A stretch of DNA of 64,000 bases from an uncultured delta proteobacterium (GCA_963708295.1 CAVPSJ010000004.1:1056001-1120000); one strand, 5' to 3'. Positions 7,792-17,685 are shown, counted from the stretch's first letter. Notes: generated from the sequence alone by a model not told the origin. A program made the numbers and translations.

Positions 7792-10026
7792 ATGATGATG
7801 AGCCAAACTCGACGAGAATTTCTAAGAAGCATAGCTCTTGTCGGCTCCTCGGCTGTTCTATTGGATGGTTTTCCAGGAATCCTTCGGAAAGCTTCTGCTG
7901 ATGAGTTGACCGGCCTGACAGCTGAAACGACTGGCTACACGTATTGCGACGGGTGCAATCACGTTCCTAAGTGCGGGATGGTATACTATCGGCGAGGCCC
8001 TGTCATCACCCGCCTGCAATCTCGTACAGATTTCAACTATCCGAATAATACTCTTTGCTCCAAGGGTTATGCGCAGCTCCAGGAGCAATATCACCCGGAG
8101 CGTCTTCGTTATCCTCTTAAGAGGACGACTGCGAAGGGGCAACCCTCGAAATGGGTACGGGTCTCCTGGGACGAAGCCTTAAAGGTGACCGCCCAGAAAT
8201 TGAATGCCATCAAGACCAAATACGGCGCAGAAACGGTCTGTTTCTACACTGGTGATCCAAAAGAGATGCGCCCCCCGCTCCAGCGGTTGAGTTTTTCCTT
8301 CGGCTCGCCTAATTATGGCACGGAGAGCGCGACCTGCTTCAGATCGGTTTCGCTGGCGGGGTTATTGCTTTTCGGGGATACGGTGATGGGAAGTCCGCCC
8401 TCTGCGCAAACGAAGAATTGTTTTATATGGGGTGTTAACCCTGCCTTTTCCGGACCCTATGCGATGAAAGGGCTTCTTAAGGCAAAGACAGGAGGTGTAC
8501 GTTTTTTTATGATCGATCCCCGCAAAACGCCTACTGTTCAAGCCCTGGACGGGGAACACCTTGCTTTAAGGCCGGGGACGGATGGGGCCCTCGCCCTGGC
8601 CATGATACATACGATCATTAATGAAAATCTGTATGACAAAGAATTTGTCACCCAGTGGGTCCATGGATTCGATGAGCTGAAAGAATATGTCAAAGAATTC
8701 CCTCCTGAAAAAGCGGCAAGTATTACGGGGGTGCCTGCAGAAAAAATCATAGGGGCCGCCCGGGCTTTCGCTGACGGACCGAGCACGTTAATGGTGAGCG
8801 CAGCCCCGGTCGTTCACCATACCAACGGCAACCAGAATATGAGGGCTGTGCTCTCCTTGGTTGCCATTACCGGCAACTTCGACCGACCCGGAGGCGTCAC
8901 CGTTCCTCCGCCAGCACTTCTCCCCCCAGACTTCCTCGGGGACCCGGTTTTTTGCAGACGCAACGACCAGCTGCCCAAAATAAGCCGTTTCCGTGCCGAT
9001 TTGGACCTGTACCCCGTATGGGCTGAATTGATCCCTGAGATCCAGATGAACAATCTACCCGAATACGTGGAGAAGGGTAAGATTCGCGGGTTGGTCATGT
9101 TTGGGGGAAATGCGAAGATGTGGCCACAGCCTCAACTTTATCAGAAAGCCATAGGCAAATTGGAGTTCTCCGTTGCTGCCGATTATTTCTACAGGCCCTG
9201 GACCCATGATTACGTCGACATCCTCCTTCCTGCTGCGACGTGTTTTGAGCGGCTGGCCCCGGTGGCCGGGTTTGGACGCAGTATGTACCAGAGGCAGCCC
9301 GTCAAGCCCTTGGGTGAGGCTCGTGAGGATTGGCAGATCATCGCCGATATCGGTGTCGCTTTGGGGATGACCAGTGAATTCTTCGGAGGCAATTTAGAGA
9401 CCTTTGTCAACGAGTCTCTGAAATCAACGGGTATCACGGTGGAACAGCTGAAAAAAGCCCCAGGTTCCATGGTGAACATACCTTTAAGCGAACCTCCGAA
9501 ATCACAAAAGTACGCCCTGGGCCTGCTCCGCAGGGACAAGAAACCGGGGTTCAATACGCCTACGGGTAAAGTCGAGGTCTATTCCACCATTTTGAAAAAG
9601 CACGGATTCGATCCTTTACCCACCTACAAAGAGCCGGTGGAAAGCCCGGTCAGTAAACCGGACATGGCAGGCAAATATCCTCTGGTTTTGATGACGGGCG
9701 CCCGCATTCCTTTCTACACTCACAGCAAATGGCGCGACATCCCCTGGGTCAGCGAGTTTCAGCCCGACCCGGTAGTCAATTTGAATCCTACCGATGCTCA
9801 GCAGCGAGGGATTAAGGAGGGGGATCAAGTCATCATTGAAAACGCCCGTGGCCAGATAAAAGTAAAGGCGCACCTCACGGAGATGGTTACCCAGGGGATG
9901 GTGGACGTGTTCCACGGTTGGCCAAAACAAGACGTCAATACGATGGTTTCCCGCGATTTGGACCCGATATCGGGGTATCCTCCGTACAAAAGCGGCCTTT
10001 GTCAGGTAAAAAAAGTTTCTGCCTAG
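7792..10026 (+). CDS. Tat-exported molybdopterin (Mo/W-bisPGD) oxidoreductase catalytic subunit, DMSO reductase superfamily
   Basis: TRREFL Tat motif; CDGCNHVPKC...LCSKG FS0 site; RLRYPLKR, RPGTDGALALA, DILLPAA, GFNTPTGKVE; GSPNYGTESATC Cys ligand segment. Confidence 0.93.
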   Translation: MMMSQTRREFLRSIALVGSSAVLLDGFPGILRKASADELTGLTAETTGYTYCDGCNHVPKCGMVYYRRGPVITRLQSRTDFNYPNNTLCSKGYAQLQEQYHPERLRYPLKRTTAKGQPSKWVRVSWDEALKVTAQKLNAIKTKYGAETVCFYTGDPKEMRPPLQRLSFSFGSPNYGTESATCFRSVSLAGLLLFGDTVMGSPPSAQTKNCFIWGVNPAFSGPYAMKGLLKAKTGGVRFFMIDPRKTPTVQALDGEHLALRPGTDGALALAMIHTIINENLYDKEFVTQWVHGFDELKEYVKEFPPEKAASITGVPAEKIIGAARAFADGPSTLMVSAAPVVHHTNGNQNMRAVLSLVAITGNFDRPGGVTVPPPALLPPDFLGDPVFCRRNDQLPKISRFRADLDLYPVWAELIPEIQMNNLPEYVEKGKIRGLVMFGGNAKMWPQPQLYQKAIGKLEFSVAADYFYRPWTHDYVDILLPAATCFERLAPVAGFGRSMYQRQPVKPLGEAREDWQIIADIGVALGMTSEFFGGNLETFVNESLKSTGITVEQLKKAPGSMVNIPLSEPPKSQKYALGLLRRDKKPGFNTPTGKVEVYSTILKKHGFDPLPTYKEPVESPVSKPDMAGKYPLVLMTGARIPFYTHSKWRDIPWVSEFQPDPVVNLNPTDAQQRGIKEGDQVIIENARGQIKVKAHLTEMVTQGMVDVFHGWPKQDVNTMVSRDLDPISGYPPYKSGLCQVKKVSA

Positions 10027-10059
10027 CAAGGATGTTTAAAGAGAGGACGGGATGAGAAT

Positions 10060-10647
10060 ATGTCAAGATATGCGATGGTGATTAAAACGAATCTCTGTAT
10101 CGGCTGCCAGACTTGTTCGGTAGCCTGTAAGATGGAAAATTTAACTCTCCCCGGGTGTAGCCGAACGATCGTTAAAGAGCAGGTCAATGCCCGGTGGAAA
10201 ATCGGAATGTGCATGCAGTGTGAAAAACCGCCCTGTGTCTCCGTCTGTCCGGTGAAAGCCACATGGAAAAATGAACTGGGGATTACGGTCGTGGACCAGG
10301 GAAAATGCATCGGCTGTGGTAAGTGTATGGAAGCCTGTCCTTATGAAGCCAGGCACGTTAATCCAAAGATGGGGTATTTCAAACAGTCGCTTCCCTACGA
10401 GGAGGTTGCTAAGAAGACCAAAGAGAGCCACCGATTTCACATGCAACGAAAAATAGATAAATGCGATTTCTGTTTGCACCGGGTCAAACGCAATGTGCCT
10501 CCCATGTGTGTCGAGGCCTGCACCACCTTCGCCCGGATTTTCGGTGACATGGATGATCCTCAGTCCGAGATTTCTCGGCTCTTGACTCAAGGCGCAAGTC
10601 CCGTAAAGCCCGAACTAGGAACCCAACCCAAAGTCTTTTATCTTTAG
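10060..10647 (+). CDS. 4Fe-4S dicluster electron-transfer subunit (DmsB/NrfC-like)
   Basis: CIGCQTCSVAC, CMQCEKPPCVSVCP, CIGCGKCMEACP, KCDFC...CVEAC. Confidence 0.93.
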   Translation: MSRYAMVIKTNLCIGCQTCSVACKMENLTLPGCSRTIVKEQVNARWKIGMCMQCEKPPCVSVCPVKATWKNELGITVVDQGKCIGCGKCMEACPYEARHVNPKMGYFKQSLPYEEVAKKTKESHRFHMQRKIDKCDFCLHRVKRNVPPMCVEACTTFARIFGDMDDPQSEISRLLTQGASPVKPELGTQPKVFYL

Positions 10648-10648
10648 A

Positions 10649-11308
10649 ATGGAAAACCTCCCCGCCGAAATATTCGAAGTCCGTCCCTCCATTTACGGAG
10701 GGTTAGCGAGTCTTCTATACTCAGAACCTTCTTCGGAAACCCTTGAAAAAGCAGGATATCAACTGGGCCGGGCAGAGGGAGCCGTCGCCCTTTGGAACGA
10801 ACCCGGTCTCGCGGCAAGCGTACAAAATTTCTTGAATGCCCTGGCACGATCCACCCAAGAGAATTTAGCCGTGGATTATGCCGGCTTGTTCCTGGGAGGA
10901 AAAGAAGGTCTTATCTGTCCGTCGGAGTCCAGTTATCTTGAAAACAAAGTCTATGGGGAAGCCACTTTGAAGGTGATAGAGGTTTATGCAAAGCAGGGTT
11001 TTGTCAAAGAGGATGCATTCCATGAACCGGATGATCATATCGCGGTGGAGTGTGCTTTTATGTCCACTCTGGGGTGGGAGTTTATCCAAATGATACATGA
11101 GAAAGGAAGGAATGCCCCTGCTTGCCAGGAGCACGTGAAACGACAGCTCGATTTCCTTAAAGAACATTTACTGAATTGGATCCCCGCCTGGGCAAAGCAG
11201 GTCCAAGATTTCTCGGAAACCGATTTCTATCGATCTCTCGCAGGATTGACTCGGACATGGATCGAGGCAGATCAGCGGCTTCTGGTTCATTTATTGCGCA
11301 CCTCCTAG
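10649..11308 (+). CDS. TorD/DmsD family redox-enzyme maturation chaperone
   Basis: DYAGLF, PSESSY, EPDDHIAVE, FLKEHLLNW and FY motifs; operon position. Confidence 0.9.
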   Translation: MENLPAEIFEVRPSIYGGLASLLYSEPSSETLEKAGYQLGRAEGAVALWNEPGLAASVQNFLNALARSTQENLAVDYAGLFLGGKEGLICPSESSYLENKVYGEATLKVIEVYAKQGFVKEDAFHEPDDHIAVECAFMSTLGWEFIQMIHEKGRNAPACQEHVKRQLDFLKEHLLNWIPAWAKQVQDFSETDFYRSLAGLTRTWIEADQRLLVHLLRTS

Positions 11309-11458
11309 AATTTGGTCTGAGGCCGATCCCCGTCGCTTCTTTATATTATCTTTGGGCTTGTCAGACCGTGATTCAGAAACCCTTATATCGTCTTCCTCCA
11401 CTGCATAAAGTTCGAGGAGTTTTTGTTCTGCCTCGGTTCTTGGCTTCCAGAAAATCAT
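11291..11458 (-). CDS. Small hypothetical protein, 55 aa (MIFWKPRTEAEQKLLELYAVEEDDIRVSESRSDKPKDNIKKRRGSASDQILGGAQ)
   Basis: Translated by hand; AAGGAG RBS and upstream sigma54 promoter; below the ORF-track length cut-off. Confidence 0.5.
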   Translation of the reverse strand: MIFWKPRTEAEQKLLELYAVEEDDIRVSESRSDKPKDNIKKRRGSASDQILGGAQ

Positions 11459-11535
11459 GCTCTTCTTTTCTCCTTCGATCTTAACCCTGCAAGACCGGTT
11501 TCAGCTGAAATTGGCATTCTCACTAACTCGTAGGA

Positions 11536-11550
11536 GCAATTTAAATGCCA
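11536..11550 (-). promoter_or_regulatory. sigma54 promoter
   Basis: TGGCATTTAAATTGC on the minus strand. Confidence 0.7.
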
Positions 11551-11816
11551 TACTTTGACTGTGCTGGTAACTTACGAAAACCATTTTTGTTTTTCTAAAG
11601 AATATAAACTACCACAAACGCTACACGAACGCTAATGGTGGAAGAGGTTTTCACAAAAGTCCCGAATTACTTTTGTAAAAAGACGAAATAAGTAATTGAA
11701 CTAGGTTGCCGAGGTCTCTGTTTCCCCTCCGGGTCAATAGACTCTCCGTTGTCGAGTCTATCAATAATTTTAGCAAGATAAGGTAAACCGGGAATGAGAT
11801 GCGCTTAAACACTTGA

Positions 11817-12128
11817 AGGGGCTGCGCGTTCAACTGCAGTTGGTGCAGCGGTTCTTTCACGCCGCAAAAAGAGTATATCTCGTGTCGAAATAAGGTGGTC
11901 TGGCGACCTCACGATGCGGTCATCGCCGATATCAGACAAGCACTCTCCTACGGATACGAGGCCATGTACACCGTTTTCGACCCCACCCCTGACAACCAGG
12001 ATTACTTTGTGGGGCTTTTCAGGCGCATTGAGGGGACTGGGCAGAAGCTTGGCTGGATGCATGAGGCCACCGGCGTGACCTCGAAAGAGTTTGCAGTTGG
12101 CGCGCCTCGTTTTGATGAAATAGGATAA
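11817..12128 (+). pseudogene. Internal fragment of a radical SAM gene (B12-binding class-like)
   Basis: RGCAFNCSWC...WRPHDAVIADIRQAL begins directly after an in-frame TGA and ends prematurely. Confidence 0.75.
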
Positions 12129-12140
12129 GGGTTGAAATCG

Positions 12141-12503
12141 TTAACCCGATGAGATCAATTTCCTTACACCACACTTTAAGGTTATCTTATCAGGGTTGGA
12201 CGCCCAGGGCCAAAGAGAAGCGTACGTAAGGATATTACCCTCTTGCCTGTAGAAAAAGGATTGTTCATTTCGTAAACCACCGAAGGCATCAACTATCTTC
12301 TGAACTTCTTTCGGCAGATAGGCTTCTTTTCCGGGTTCCTTAACTGCCGGGCCTAAATATTGTTTTAATAAAGAATTGAGCAATTCAAGATCCTTCTCTT
12401 GAAGGACCCCTTCAAGATACTCCGATCCTCTCGAGTTGAGTCTGATTTCTATCAATAGGGTTTTCTTTATCTCTTCAATCATGTTCATCATTTTTGCCTT
12501 CAC
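12141..12503 (-). CDS. Hypothetical protein
   Basis: Plausible composition; conserved-looking GGLRxxQ...YASLWPW motif. Confidence 0.65.
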   Translation of the reverse strand: MKAKMMNMIEEIKKTLLIEIRLNSRGSEYLEGVLQEKDLELLNSLLKQYLGPAVKEPGKEAYLPKEVQKIVDAFGGLRNEQSFFYRQEGNILTYASLWPWASNPDKITLKCGVRKLISSG

Positions 12504-12592
12504 AGAAACTGCTTTGTGATCACCAACATTTTACCTGTTCAACACTCTCCCAGGATACACCTCCGAACGCCTCTCATGCTCCCGCCAATGTT

Positions 12593-12697
12593 TTATGTAT
12601 TGATAGCCTCGGCTATCGCTTTCGCCATCTTCTCGGTATTGCCCCTCCGACTCTAATAAAGGATCGGCACCTTTCTTGAAGATATCTTATCTTTCAT
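12593..12697 (-). pseudogene. Flavodoxin/WrbA N-terminal relic
   Basis: MKDKISSRKVPILY*SRRGNTEKMAKAIAEAINT*: FMN-binding loop SxxGNTxxMAxAI with stops. Confidence 0.7.
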
Positions 12698-12929
12698 CTC
12701 CGAGAATTTTGTTTATCAATCCTAATCTATTCAATCAGGGATAGGGTTGTCAATAAGAATCGGGGAGCAACATCCCCGACACAAATTACTTGATTGGAAA
12801 GGAATTTCCCCAAAATGGAAATTTGGTTCCGCTGATATCAGGATTTCATCATCAGGGTGCCGCATGAAGGATTTCTTAACCGGCTTAAAGTATTCACCCT
12901 TTCTGAAGGAGATCTAAACAAGAAGGGCA

Positions 12930-12944
12930 TGGCATGCGTCTTGC
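12930..12944 (+). promoter_or_regulatory. sigma54 promoter
   Basis: TGGCATGCGTCTTGC about 75 nt upstream of 13021. Confidence 0.72.
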
Positions 12945-13020
12945 TGAAGAATAACAACGCCATCTTCGGAGGCCGTATCTTGCCCGGCTCCGTCAGGTTG
13001 TTTTATTATGGGGATGGAGA

Positions 13021-13653
13021 ATGTCATTACCTATAGGTCACGCAACAATCGGTTTTACTGTCTACAGTTTATTTTGCAGGAATGGATCAAGTTTCGGGCG
13101 ATGGAAGGTTCCACTCGGAATTCTCATTCTTTCCAACCTGCCTGATGTAGACGTTATCCTCGGGATTGTTCTACAAGGAAACGGGAGCGCCTTCCATCGA
13201 GGCCCCACTCACAGCCTGACATTTGCACTCCTTGCCGGATTTCTGGCATCCAGGGTCTGGGACATGCGGTCACAATGGCCGAGGTTGAGCTTCAGAACCT
13301 GCTTCGCACTCATTCTATCGCACATTCTAGCAGACGCTGTTTTCACGAGTTCGCCAGTTTCGTTCTTCTGGCCTGTTAGGGTAAATTGGAGTGGTGGCCA
13401 TAGCGGGTTGAGGCATGTTATCAGTTCAGTTTTATTCGGAAACTATCAAGATGTGACAATCATTTTCGGATGTGCATTCCTTATCCTTCTTCATCGGGCG
13501 CTTTCGGCTCGATTGGGTCGATCACTCGTCCCATGGGACCCTCGCTTCCGATCCTTTACCTCAGGAACCACGTACCCCAAGGTTCCTGTAAAGAACGCTC
13601 TGCATGAACGTCCGTTTCGTCCTCTTTTTCTTCTTTGGACTCTTCCGACATAA
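13021..13653 (+). CDS. Membrane-bound metal-dependent hydrolase (YdjM/DUF457 family)
   Basis: GH, LPDVD, HRGPTHS, SHILAD and FWP motifs. Confidence 0.88.
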   Translation: MSLPIGHATIGFTVYSLFCRNGSSFGRWKVPLGILILSNLPDVDVILGIVLQGNGSAFHRGPTHSLTFALLAGFLASRVWDMRSQWPRLSFRTCFALILSHILADAVFTSSPVSFFWPVRVNWSGGHSGLRHVISSVLFGNYQDVTIIFGCAFLILLHRALSARLGRSLVPWDPRFRSFTSGTTYPKVPVKNALHERPFRPLFLLWTLPT

Positions 13654-13789
13654 GTCACCCCCTCCATCCTGATAAAGGTGGGTAACGGTAAATCATTCGA
13701 TTCCCATGATCGAGATGAGGGTATACCCCAGCCGGAATGATTGTCATCAAGCTGCCCAATAATGCTCCTATCGAAATTCGTCCTGTCAA

Positions 13790-14236
13790 TTACTGAACCT
13801 TGGTGAAAGTTCCGTCTTTTTTCATAGTGTATATTCCTGGTTTCAATCCAAACGTTTCATTGGAGAATACCTGCTGCGAAACCCCAACGCCTCCCGCTTT
13901 GGCCCCCAGTTCCCCCATGCCCTTTGCAAAAGTCAAAAAAGACGTGGTATCCTGGTTTGAGACGATGCCCGTCAGCATCCCTTCTGTCATTTCCACTTTA
14001 AAGTCATGTTTGGCTAATATCGTGAGAGGCTTTATGTCGTAGGCCTTCTCAAAGTCAGGTGCGGATACCAGCCAACTCGATTTCTCACCGACAAACAAAT
14101 ACATTTTAGGCGGATATACTCTAACGCCATCGGGTTTATTGTTGAGATCTGCGTTCTGGGTTTGAATCGTCGCGCAAGCAGGCACCACTAAAAGAAACGA
14201 AACAACCATAAACCAATGAATAGCCTTTGTCATCAT
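13790..14236 (-). CDS. Hypothetical lipoprotein
   Basis: GGAGGA RBS before ATG at 14236; signal peptide ending VVPAC. Confidence 0.7.
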   Translation of the reverse strand: MMTKAIHWFMVVSFLLVVPACATIQTQNADLNNKPDGVRVYPPKMYLFVGEKSSWLVSAPDFEKAYDIKPLTILAKHDFKVEMTEGMLTGIVSNQDTTSFLTFAKGMGELGAKAGGVGVSQQVFSNETFGLKPGIYTMKKDGTFTKVQ

Positions 14237-14334
14237 ATCCTCCTTTCTCTTTTCCACCCTCCCCTCCATCAGGTCTAAGGACAGGGGTAGTTGTATAACG
14301 AAACAATCTCTTTTTTTAGTGATTCCATCAATAG

Positions 14335-15285
14335 CTAGAAAACTCTTAATGGGAACTTGGGCTCGATTTCTGCTAAATGTTTGATCGCTGGCTCCAGGGG
14401 TTGAAACCAGGCCCATCCTGCGGGTGATCGCGCCACGATGAGACCGATTGCCTTGGTTTCAGCATAGACAATGCCTCCCGAATCTCCATGTTGCACCGGC
14501 CTGTCAATGACAAAGACGTTACGGAGCGTATACCATCGGTTATTGAGCAACACTTTCACGGCACCGGCGTACGAATGGATATGCCCCTGAAGCAGCCCGG
14601 ACACCCCCAGCATACATTTTACAGACAAGAATGTGTCCAATTGGCTTTGAGGCAGGAAGTCATCCAGCTGAATATTATCTTGAATAATAAATCTATCACG
14701 TTCATCGGATAAGGCATCATCGACCCGGGCAATTGCAATGTCATATTCCATCGCTCCATGGTCATGGGTAGAGTTTTTAAGAGTCGTTGCCCTCAGGGGC
14801 TCGCCACTTTGGCGGTGAATCCGAAGTTCCTGGTTTATAGGTGGGGAATACGCTATATCTCCCGCTACATGGGCACAGGTAAGCGAGAAGAATCGGTTGT
14901 CTCCCGCCACCTTGTTCCGGAAAATTAGGGTAATGGTGCCTTGTTCATTCGGCGCCTGGGTTACCGAGCCTCCACCGCAAGAGAACTCGACGACACCCAC
15001 TTCGATAACATCCGTCTTGATCCGGACGGAGCGATCTACTCCACCGCCTTTTTTTCTACCGCATAGAAAGACGGGTAAGGCTTTATTTGAGGGTAACCCG
15101 CGTAGCTTTTGCACGACAAAAAACTGAATACACACGTCTTCGGTGGGTTGTCCACCACGAAATTTCGTTCCGGCAGAGACGCCCACGACACCGGGACGTT
15201 TCAGATAAATTCGCTCAGCGGCATCCCGTACCCGATCGAGCAACTCCCTCCTTTTTTCCGGATCATTCGCGCTTCGCCGTTTCAT
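14335..15285 (-). CDS. Trypsin-like serine protease with Nal1-like N-terminal domain, no signal peptide
   Basis: TCAHV, DIAIA and GDSGG triad motifs; N-terminal GVVGVxxGxK...CIxxFVxxK...TDVIEVG. Confidence 0.8.
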   Translation of the reverse strand: MKRRSANDPEKRRELLDRVRDAAERIYLKRPGVVGVSAGTKFRGGQPTEDVCIQFFVVQKLRGLPSNKALPVFLCGRKKGGGVDRSVRIKTDVIEVGVVEFSCGGGSVTQAPNEQGTITLIFRNKVAGDNRFFSLTCAHVAGDIAYSPPINQELRIHRQSGEPLRATTLKNSTHDHGAMEYDIAIARVDDALSDERDRFIIQDNIQLDDFLPQSQLDTFLSVKCMLGVSGLLQGHIHSYAGAVKVLLNNRWYTLRNVFVIDRPVQHGDSGGIVYAETKAIGLIVARSPAGWAWFQPLEPAIKHLAEIEPKFPLRVF

Positions 15286-15565
15286 GCTATTCTAGAGGTA
15301 TATCTGGGCAGCCTTCATCAGTCCTTAATCATAGGAAGGCCCTTAAATCCTAAGAAGTCAGATAGAGATACAGGTCTAACTTTTTGACGAGGAGTCAGAA
15401 TTTTGATAGGGAAAACTTTAAAGACCTTTCTCCATCCCCCACCCCCCTCCGGGGGGAGAAAGTCTTGTTGAGATTGTTGGGTTAATGATAAAGGAGACAA
15501 AGCAATTGTCAACGAAAAAATAGGATTGTGAAAAGAATCTTTTTACTTACAAATTTGTGAAGCTT

Positions 15566-15705
15566 GCCGCCCACCCCGTTAAGACGGGGCAGGTACGGTG
15601 GGGCCGTTCGACAGAGCTCACGGCCCTGAGTATGTCGAATGGGCTTCCCGGCAAGGAAGTTTCGTTGATATTGTGCCCCTTGACCCCGCCTACAAGGCAG
15701 GGGTG
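15566..15705. repeat. Cluster of REP-like palindromes
   Basis: gcccaccccgttaagacggggc; ccgttcgacagagctcacggccctgagtatgtcgaatgg; ccccgcctacaaggcagggg. Confidence 0.6.
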
Positions 15706-15749
15706 CCGAGACACAATCCGGCCAGACACGGAGAGACAAGCAACGGGTG

Positions 15750-15835
15750 AGGAGCCAGCGCGGTCATTGGGTGTCTCCACATCTGCCATTTCCAAGATTC
15801 TGCATAGAATAGATCGAGACAGAAGGGTCCAACTT
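15750..15835 (+). mobile_element. HTH relic resembling a RAYT transposase C-terminus
   Basis: ARSLGVSTSAISKILHR next to the REP-like palindromes. Confidence 0.5.
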
Positions 15836-16178
15836 TTGTTGCGCTATCAACTTCTCTGCCAAAACTTAGTTGACTGATTATGAAAAGATGGACAGGAATA
15901 TGAACATCTTCCCATCTTCCTTTTCCATTCATTTCGTGAACGCAACCTCGAAATGGCACATCGCTGTTCCCATATCGACATCCTGCAAACTCACATCTGG
16001 GTATAATTTCGCTAACCCCGGTGTTCTGCTGATGTAAAATTGATAAATATCGATTTCGTACATTTTTCTAAATAGATTCACGACGGAGAGACAATTTTGT
16101 AACCCTAACAAGCCTCCCAATCAAGAAATAATTCGAAAGATAGATTAACTTCCAAATGGTTATCGATTCTTGACTACC

Positions 16179-16193
16179 TGGCATCATCCTTGC
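16179..16193 (+). promoter_or_regulatory. sigma54 promoter
   Basis: TGGCATCATCCTTGC about 105 nt before the ATG at 16298. Confidence 0.72.
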
Positions 16194-16297
16194 TGCGGAA
16201 TAGTGTTAAAAAAGAGACGCACAGGTCTAAACGACGACAAACCGGAGGCACACCACTGTGAAAGGTGGATCTGAGCAGACCAATGAGGAGGTGGACC

Positions 16298-17152
16298 ATG
16301 GAGAGAGGGAGCTTACATGGATATGCGGCAAACTTAGAACGAACCATGGAGACTATGCATTTGGACCTTGGGGAGGCAATGTATGAACTGCAGGAGTTAT
16401 GCTCACTTATCACCCTAGAGAGGAATGTTCCAGCGGAAACCATCACTGATATTCGCCAAATGTATAAACGAATTCAGGACCAACTCATAAAGATCAGGGG
16501 AGTCAAACAACTCCAGGAGGGAAAATACAGGCAGTACTATCACCGGGACTCTCAGCGAGAAAGAGAGATCACCGAATTTGCATTTTTGGCCAAGAGCTTG
16601 TATTCGAAATTCGAATCCATGTTACAGGAGGTAGGGGCAAAGAGAAAGCTAAGAGATGGGGAAGCAGAATCTAGAGAGGTTCCTCAGCATATCCCGGTTC
16701 AATGGTTCCAATCTAAAGGGAATCAGGTCATGCTTTTAAGAAACCTAAGGGATCTGTACGAACTGAACTATGGAGCCCAGCTTGGCTTGGAGGGAGAGCA
16801 GAGACGAGAGATCATTCGGAATGGGATGCGGAGTATCTCCCTCTTTGCCATGTCAGGAGAGGCGGCATTGATTGACCATCTTCAATCCCGCATGCGATTG
16901 CGAGAATATGATATCAAAGAGCGTTTTGCAAAAGACGAGTGCCGTGGGGCTTTAACCCATTTGAAGGAAATATCTCTTCTAGATGTAGAAAGGGTAATTA
17001 GGCGTTTCACGGGCAGCATTGGCTTTTCAAAAGTGAAATGTTTGCTTCTCAGAATTCAATCTCAGAAGGATCTCGAAAAAGAAATTATAGGGTCAATAGA
17101 GAACATTTTACGCGTGACGGAGGTGGGAGAGATGAGAACGCTATCAGTATGA
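16298..17152 (+). CDS. Hypothetical protein with helical/coiled-coil N-terminus
   Basis: Long ORF; GAGGAGG RBS before ATG 16298; no family recognised. Confidence 0.75.
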   Translation: MERGSLHGYAANLERTMETMHLDLGEAMYELQELCSLITLERNVPAETITDIRQMYKRIQDQLIKIRGVKQLQEGKYRQYYHRDSQREREITEFAFLAKSLYSKFESMLQEVGAKRKLRDGEAESREVPQHIPVQWFQSKGNQVMLLRNLRDLYELNYGAQLGLEGEQRREIIRNGMRSISLFAMSGEAALIDHLQSRMRLREYDIKERFAKDECRGALTHLKEISLLDVERVIRRFTGSIGFSKVKCLLLRIQSQKDLEKEIIGSIENILRVTEVGEMRTLSV

Positions 17153-17238
17153 AAACCGCTTCCCCCGAGAAGTGTCACTCTACACGTATTTAGAACAGAG
17201 ATTGCCTATTGGAATGGATTGGAATGGAGAGAATAGCC

Positions 17239-17439
17239 GTGGAGGTCAAGGGAACAGCGATCATAACCATACCCCTCTCCATAAAGGGACGTTTTTGCGA
17301 GGCAGGATTAAAACAATGGATAGGCGCCCTGACGCCGGAGGCCCGTGAGGTTTATCCAGCCTCGGTCTTGGCGAGATCCTGGTATCCCCTGAAAGAGTTC
17401 TTAATCCAACCGCTTCGCAGGATGTGCAACCTAAAATGA
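17239..17439 (+). pseudogene. Truncated N-terminus of a DUF2378/HNOB-like protein
   Basis: EVKGTAI...F...GLKQW...L.PEAR.VY....LARSWYPL pattern; ends after about 66 aa. Confidence 0.5.
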
Positions 17440-17685
17440 CTGGTCGAAGAGCCCGGGAAGTAACCTCGCATCCTAGATTCAGTGGCTGCCTAAGAAATGG
17501 GCAGATAGATCAGGTCAGTGGTATCGGAACACACCCCAGAGGCTTACGGTTTCTTTTCAAAAGCTGTAGGGGCATCGTTTTATCCTTCCGTGTAGACGCC
17601 TCTCCCAGAAAATCCCCGCTGAAGACTTCACAAGTCCTCAGTCCAGCATAGGGCATGTCGTTACGTATAGCGGGATGAAAGAGTT

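Noticed and set aside
14237-14416. N-terminal extension of the lipoprotein ORF given in the track
   Set aside because: It overlaps the protease gene; the RBS and signal peptide indicate a start at 14236.
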